64,000 nt of DNA from an uncultured Acidobacteriota bacterium (GTDB taxonomy: Bacteria > Acidobacteriota > Thermoanaerobaculia > Gp7-AA8): positions 1,376,001-1,440,000 of the forward strand of contig CAWGHO010000001.1 of the NCBI GenBank assembly GCA_963822445.1, read 5' to 3'. Position 1 is the first letter of the stretch. Each line of letters starts with the position of its first letter. The notes under the pieces are model-generated. The model searched no databases. It saw nothing but the letters and a program-made list of their open reading frames with translations, and was not told the origin of the DNA. A program made the position numbers and the translations under genes. Shown here piece by piece: positions 60,168 to 64,000 of the stretch.

Positions 60168-62374
60168 CGAGTCACCATCGGCTGCAGCTCCACACCGGTG
60201 TAGTAGTGCTTCAGGATCCGGTCGAAGGTCCAGCCGCGGAAAGCCATGCCGTACGAGCCGACCTGGCACATGCCGACGCCGTGTCCCCAGCCCTTGCCGT
60301 AGAACGTGTAGCGATCCATTCCGTCAGCGTCTTTCGTCTTCTCGTGAACGAAGAGGTTGTCGGGGATGTTCAGCGACCAGCGCACGGGCAGGCCTTTGAG
60401 CACGAACGTGCGACCGCCTTCCGCCGTCACTTCGAGCTCGGCGACTCTCTGCGATGCATCGGTGATCAATGGCTTGATGTCGACGAGCTGCTGGATGGGA
60501 TTGCGGCGATTGATCACCGGCACGAGATCCTCGGCGCGATAGCTGCGCGTCCAGTTCGAGAAGTTCGACGTGCGATCGAAGGCGGCGCCGTCGAAGTTCG
60601 CGTTCACGACTGCCGCGATCGGCGTCTTGCTCGGCGAGAGCATCACCGTCATCCGGTCGCCGATCATGATCGGCACGCTCTTGTACTCCTGCAGGCGATC
60701 GCCGACGCGGCGAAAGATCGGGATGCCGGCGGGAAGCGTGTGCGAGGACGTCTCCCCCTTGGCTTTCAGTGTGATCTTCCGGCCGTCGACGGAAAGGATC
60801 TTCCCTTCGGCATCCTGAATGATGGTGTGCTCACGGACCCAGGCGCCGAGGAGGGCGTACAGCTCTTCGCGGGGCATGGGCTGGGCGAGGCTGACCCGGT
60901 CGATGTACTGCGCGGGATTCATCCCCCACTTGATGAGGAACGCTGCCGCGAGATGGGGAACGTCATTCGCGTTCGCCGACTGCGGGAAAAAGTAGCCGCG
61001 ATCCTCGGGAAGCGTCAGCACGCGCGCCTTGTGGGCGAGACCCATCATCGTGTCGAGGTACTCCAGCACGTCGCCGCGGCGGCTCGATGCCGGAAGGGGC
61101 TGGGGCATCTCGGTCGCGCCGGCGAGCTTCATCGCTGCAACGGTCGCCTGCGCGACTTCGCGCGCGCTCCAGGTCGTGGTCTCGGGCAGGCCCGCCAGCG
61201 CGGTGAAGAGCCGCGCATGGAGCTGCATGTCGGTGAGCAGCCCGCTGTCGGCGCGACCGGCGATGCTGGTCATCTCCATCTCCACGCAGCGGGCCCGCTT
61301 CAGGTAAGGCTCGGTGCGGCCCGGGAACATCGTGCCGACGTCGCTGGTCTCGCCGCCGCAGGTCGATGTGTAGAGCGTGTCGACCGGCTGGCCGTTGTAC
61401 GTGAGGACCAGACCGGCCGTCTCGCGCACCGCGCGCGTCGACAGCTCGTGCTCGGCGGCGAAGCCCTTGTAGGCCTGACAGGCGGGTCCCGGGCAGATGT
61501 CGAAGCCTTCCGACTCGAACTGCCGCAGGTTGCGATACGCGTACGTCCGCGCGGCGACGGCCTGCGCCTTGAGCGCCTCGACTTCGTCGTAGATGGACGG
61601 ACCCATCTCCGCGGGGACGACGCCGCGGAGGTACTCCTCCATGTTCAGCTCATTGATGACGTTGAGCAAACCGCGGGCGTTGATGAAGAGCTTTGCGGCC
61701 GTGCGATAAGGCTGCTTGTCGATGGTGATCGTTTCCGCGGTCGCGGGGTAGATCATCATCGTCTGACCGTCGACGGTGTGCCGGTCGCCTTCGTCGTCTT
61801 CGATGGCGAGTCGGTTTTCGTATTTCTCGTCGGAAGGCCGCCGGACGACGAGCATGTCTTTCCCGTAGCCCCGTTCGGTGAGGCTCGCACGCGTCGGCGT
61901 GGCGTCCTCGGACTTTGCGAAATCGCCGGCGAGCACTCTGTGGGTGCCGCTGGCAGGATCGAAGACCATGTCCACGCGGAGGTTGTTCTCGGTGCGGATC
62001 TTTTCCGCGAGGGCGGTCGCGCTGGTCAGGTCGGAGATCGCGCTGACCTGCACGGCGTAACGCACGGTCGCGTTCGCGAGCGGCGCGCTCACCGTGAAGC
62101 CGCGCTTGATCAGTGAAGGACCGGCGTCGGTGACGAGGTAGTAGCCGTCGCTGGTGCGGGGGAAGGTCACCGAAGGCTGATCGCTGAGCAGGCCGACGCG
62201 GATCTTCGGCGTGACGATCGTGCGCGGCATCGAGGCGACCGGCGTGAGCGCGTTCGGCGACCGTACAGCAGACACTCCTGTCTGCTGCTGCGGCTGCTGC
62301 GCGGGCGCATCAGGGGGAGTCGTCGCGCAGGCTGCGAAAACGAAGAGGGCGAGAACGGCAAAAAGACGATGCAT
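60164..62374 (-). CDS. SpoIID/LytB domain lipoprotein with SPOR-like domain
   Basis: Lipobox FAAC; EEYLRGVVPAEM, EALKAQAVAARTY, CQAY, GWGHGVGMCQ, ILKHYY. Confidence 0.92.
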   Translation of the reverse strand: MHRLFAVLALFVFAACATTPPDAPAQQPQQQTGVSAVRSPNALTPVASMPRTIVTPKIRVGLLSDQPSVTFPRTSDGYYLVTDAGPSLIKRGFTVSAPLANATVRYAVQVSAISDLTSATALAEKIRTENNLRVDMVFDPASGTHRVLAGDFAKSEDATPTRASLTERGYGKDMLVVRRPSDEKYENRLAIEDDEGDRHTVDGQTMMIYPATAETITIDKQPYRTAAKLFINARGLLNVINELNMEEYLRGVVPAEMGPSIYDEVEALKAQAVAARTYAYRNLRQFESEGFDICPGPACQAYKGFAAEHELSTRAVRETAGLVLTYNGQPVDTLYTSTCGGETSDVGTMFPGRTEPYLKRARCVEMEMTSIAGRADSGLLTDMQLHARLFTALAGLPETTTWSAREVAQATVAAMKLAGATEMPQPLPASSRRGDVLEYLDTMMGLAHKARVLTLPEDRGYFFPQSANANDVPHLAAAFLIKWGMNPAQYIDRVSLAQPMPREELYALLGAWVREHTIIQDAEGKILSVDGRKITLKAKGETSSHTLPAGIPIFRRVGDRLQEYKSVPIMIGDRMTVMLSPSKTPIAAVVNANFDGAAFDRTSNFSNWTRSYRAEDLVPVINRRNPIQQLVDIKPLITDASQRVAELEVTAEGGRTFVLKGLPVRWSLNIPDNLFVHEKTKDADGMDRYTFYGKGWGHGVGMCQVGSYGMAFRGWTFDRILKHYYTGVELQPMVTR

Positions 62375-62392
62375 GAATGTGCTCACAGCAAG

Positions 62393-62423
62393 AAAAAAGC
62401 CCCCGCGGTTCCCCGCGGGGGCT
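62393..62423 (-). terminator. Rho-independent terminator after the OmpA-family gene
   Basis: AGCCCCCGCGG-GGAA-CCGCGGGGGCT then T-tract on the minus strand. Confidence 0.85.
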
Positions 62424-62447
62424 CGTCTCACTTCGTTGGGTACATGG

Positions 62448-63920
62448 TTACGGCAGGATCAGGCGGATCACCACGCGGCGGTTGCGGAGACGGCCTTCCG
62501 CGGTGGTGTTGTCACCGATCGGGTCGGACGTTCCGCGGCCTTCGACGGTGATACGCGTCGGGTCGATGCCGTGGCGGGTCACGAGGTAGTCGCGGACTGC
62601 TTCGGCGCGGCGGCGATCGAGGTCGCGGTTCGGACCCACGTTCTCACGATCGTCGGTGTAGCCGATGACCAGGGCCGTCGCGGAGGGTTCCTGCTTCATG
62701 CGCAGGGCGACTTCGTCGAGGATGGCCTTGGCGATGTTGGTCAGGCGTGCGGAGCCCGGCTCGAAGTGAATCTCATCGGTCCGGATCTCCTGCGGCTGCC
62801 TCGGCGGAGCCACGGGCGGCGGCGGAGGCGCAACCGGAGCGGGAGGCTCGGCCGCCGGCGGCGGCGGAACCGGAACCGGCGCCGGGGGCGGCGGGGTCGG
62901 AGCAGCCAGGTGCAGCGGCGCGAAGGTCAGACCGACCAGGCCGGACAGCGCGCAGTCGTCGAGCTCCGTGAAGCGGCACTCGTCATTGCCGTCGAAGAAC
63001 TTCGCGGCGTTCCAGCGGGCGCCCGCGTTCAGGGCCCAGCCGCTGGTTCCGAACCAGTGGCGGATACCGCTCACCAGGAAGATCGGAGAATCGGGGGCGC
63101 GGTCGCCACCGGTGTAGAAGATCGTGTTGATCTCGCTGATCCAGTTCGTCGTGCCGCCGAGCCAGCCCACCGGCCAGTTCAGGCCGGCATCGAGGCGGAA
63201 CTCGTTCGGAACGTCGACTTCGATCGCGTTGATGTCGTCGTCGTCGTGATCGCCGCGCGCGACGTAGGTCAGGCCCACGCTGGTGCGGCCGCCGGTCCAG
63301 TGACCGCCGAAGCCGATGTTGGTGCCGCCACCGGTCATCTCTTCATCGCCCGTCGGAAAATCGACGAACGCGGACAGAGCGAAGCGGTTCGGCGCATCGA
63401 CTGGAGTCAGGCCGATCTTGGTGGCCACACGGAAATCTCCGAGACCGCTCTCGTTGAAGATTCCCCGATGCAGATGGCCATGGATGAAGCCGGCCCGGTC
63501 GCCGCCGTTGGACACGATCCGGTCCCAGGGCAGCATCGCGCTGACTTCCCAGCGGTCGGTGATGCCGACGCCGACCGATCCGCTCAGACGGTACAGATCG
63601 TAGGAGAGGTCCTCGTATTCGCGCGCCGAAGCAGGCGCGAACTCGCGGGCTTCACCGGCGAGAAGGTCGTAGTCGTTGAAATAGACTCCGAACGACCAGT
63701 CGCCGCGACGGAGCGTGTCCGCCGTCACCGTCTCGAACAAGCCGGTCTGTCCACTCGCACTCGGAGCGAACATCCGCAACTGATCGTCGGTCGTCGGCAT
63801 GGTCACGTCCTGTGCGAGGACGCTCGTTCCGGCGATCAAAATGCACAACAATGAAAACTGCAGCCGATGCTTGAGACGCAAGTCACACCTCCTGAAACAA
63901 CTTCGCACGGTTATCCGCAA
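62448..63920 (-). CDS. OmpA family outer-membrane protein (start uncertain)
   Basis: N-terminal barrel-like strands, Pro-rich linker, IHFEPGS...GYTD...RRAEAVRDYL...NRRV. Confidence 0.9.
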   Translation of the reverse strand: MRITVRSCFRRCDLRLKHRLQFSLLCILIAGTSVLAQDVTMPTTDDQLRMFAPSASGQTGLFETVTADTLRRGDWSFGVYFNDYDLLAGEAREFAPASAREYEDLSYDLYRLSGSVGVGITDRWEVSAMLPWDRIVSNGGDRAGFIHGHLHRGIFNESGLGDFRVATKIGLTPVDAPNRFALSAFVDFPTGDEEMTGGGTNIGFGGHWTGGRTSVGLTYVARGDHDDDDINAIEVDVPNEFRLDAGLNWPVGWLGGTTNWISEINTIFYTGGDRAPDSPIFLVSGIRHWFGTSGWALNAGARWNAAKFFDGNDECRFTELDDCALSGLVGLTFAPLHLAAPTPPPPAPVPVPPPPAAEPPAPVAPPPPPVAPPRQPQEIRTDEIHFEPGSARLTNIAKAILDEVALRMKQEPSATALVIGYTDDRENVGPNRDLDRRRAEAVRDYLVTRHGIDPTRITVEGRGTSDPIGDNTTAEGRLRNRRVVIRLILP

Positions 63921-64000
63921 TACAATGCTCCGCGCACCTACAAAAGATATGCCAGAGCTGATTGCGAGCGTCTACGTAAAGACTTCAAGTACTTGACTTT

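Overview
High-GC bacterial chromosomal segment. Gene content and lineage-style exported proteins suggest Acidobacteriota, probably Thermoanaerobaculia (inference). Core genes: ligA (partial), guaB, dacB, acpP-fabF, livKHMGF, pfkA, degP, ribD-ribE, queF, a PilT/PilU ATPase, pyrRBC, SpoIID/LytB and OmpA family genes, interleaved with many uncharacterised exported proteins. I saw no rRNA, tRNA, CRISPR, integrase or transposase. The most notable unexplained signals are: (1) seven complete 75-100 bp intergenic 'palindromic microsatellite' elements (tandem 7/8-mer arm, spacer, inverted arm) built from three different unit sequences; (2) a repeated ~220-aa 'GAxGSxW' C-terminal module in three exported proteins; (3) a translationally coupled three-gene orphan operon (double zinc-ribbon membrane protein, Cys-rich exported protein, barrel-like protein) behind a 25-bp palindrome; (4) a secreted phospholipase C/P1 nuclease-like orphan; (5) pervasive TAnnnT boxes 6-10 nt before ATG, suggesting leaderless mRNAs. 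From ~44.5 to 56.8 kb many housekeeping genes are frameshifted, most likely by sequencing or assembly errors, so coordinates there are approximate. All assignments come from motif recognition by eye; no searches were run.
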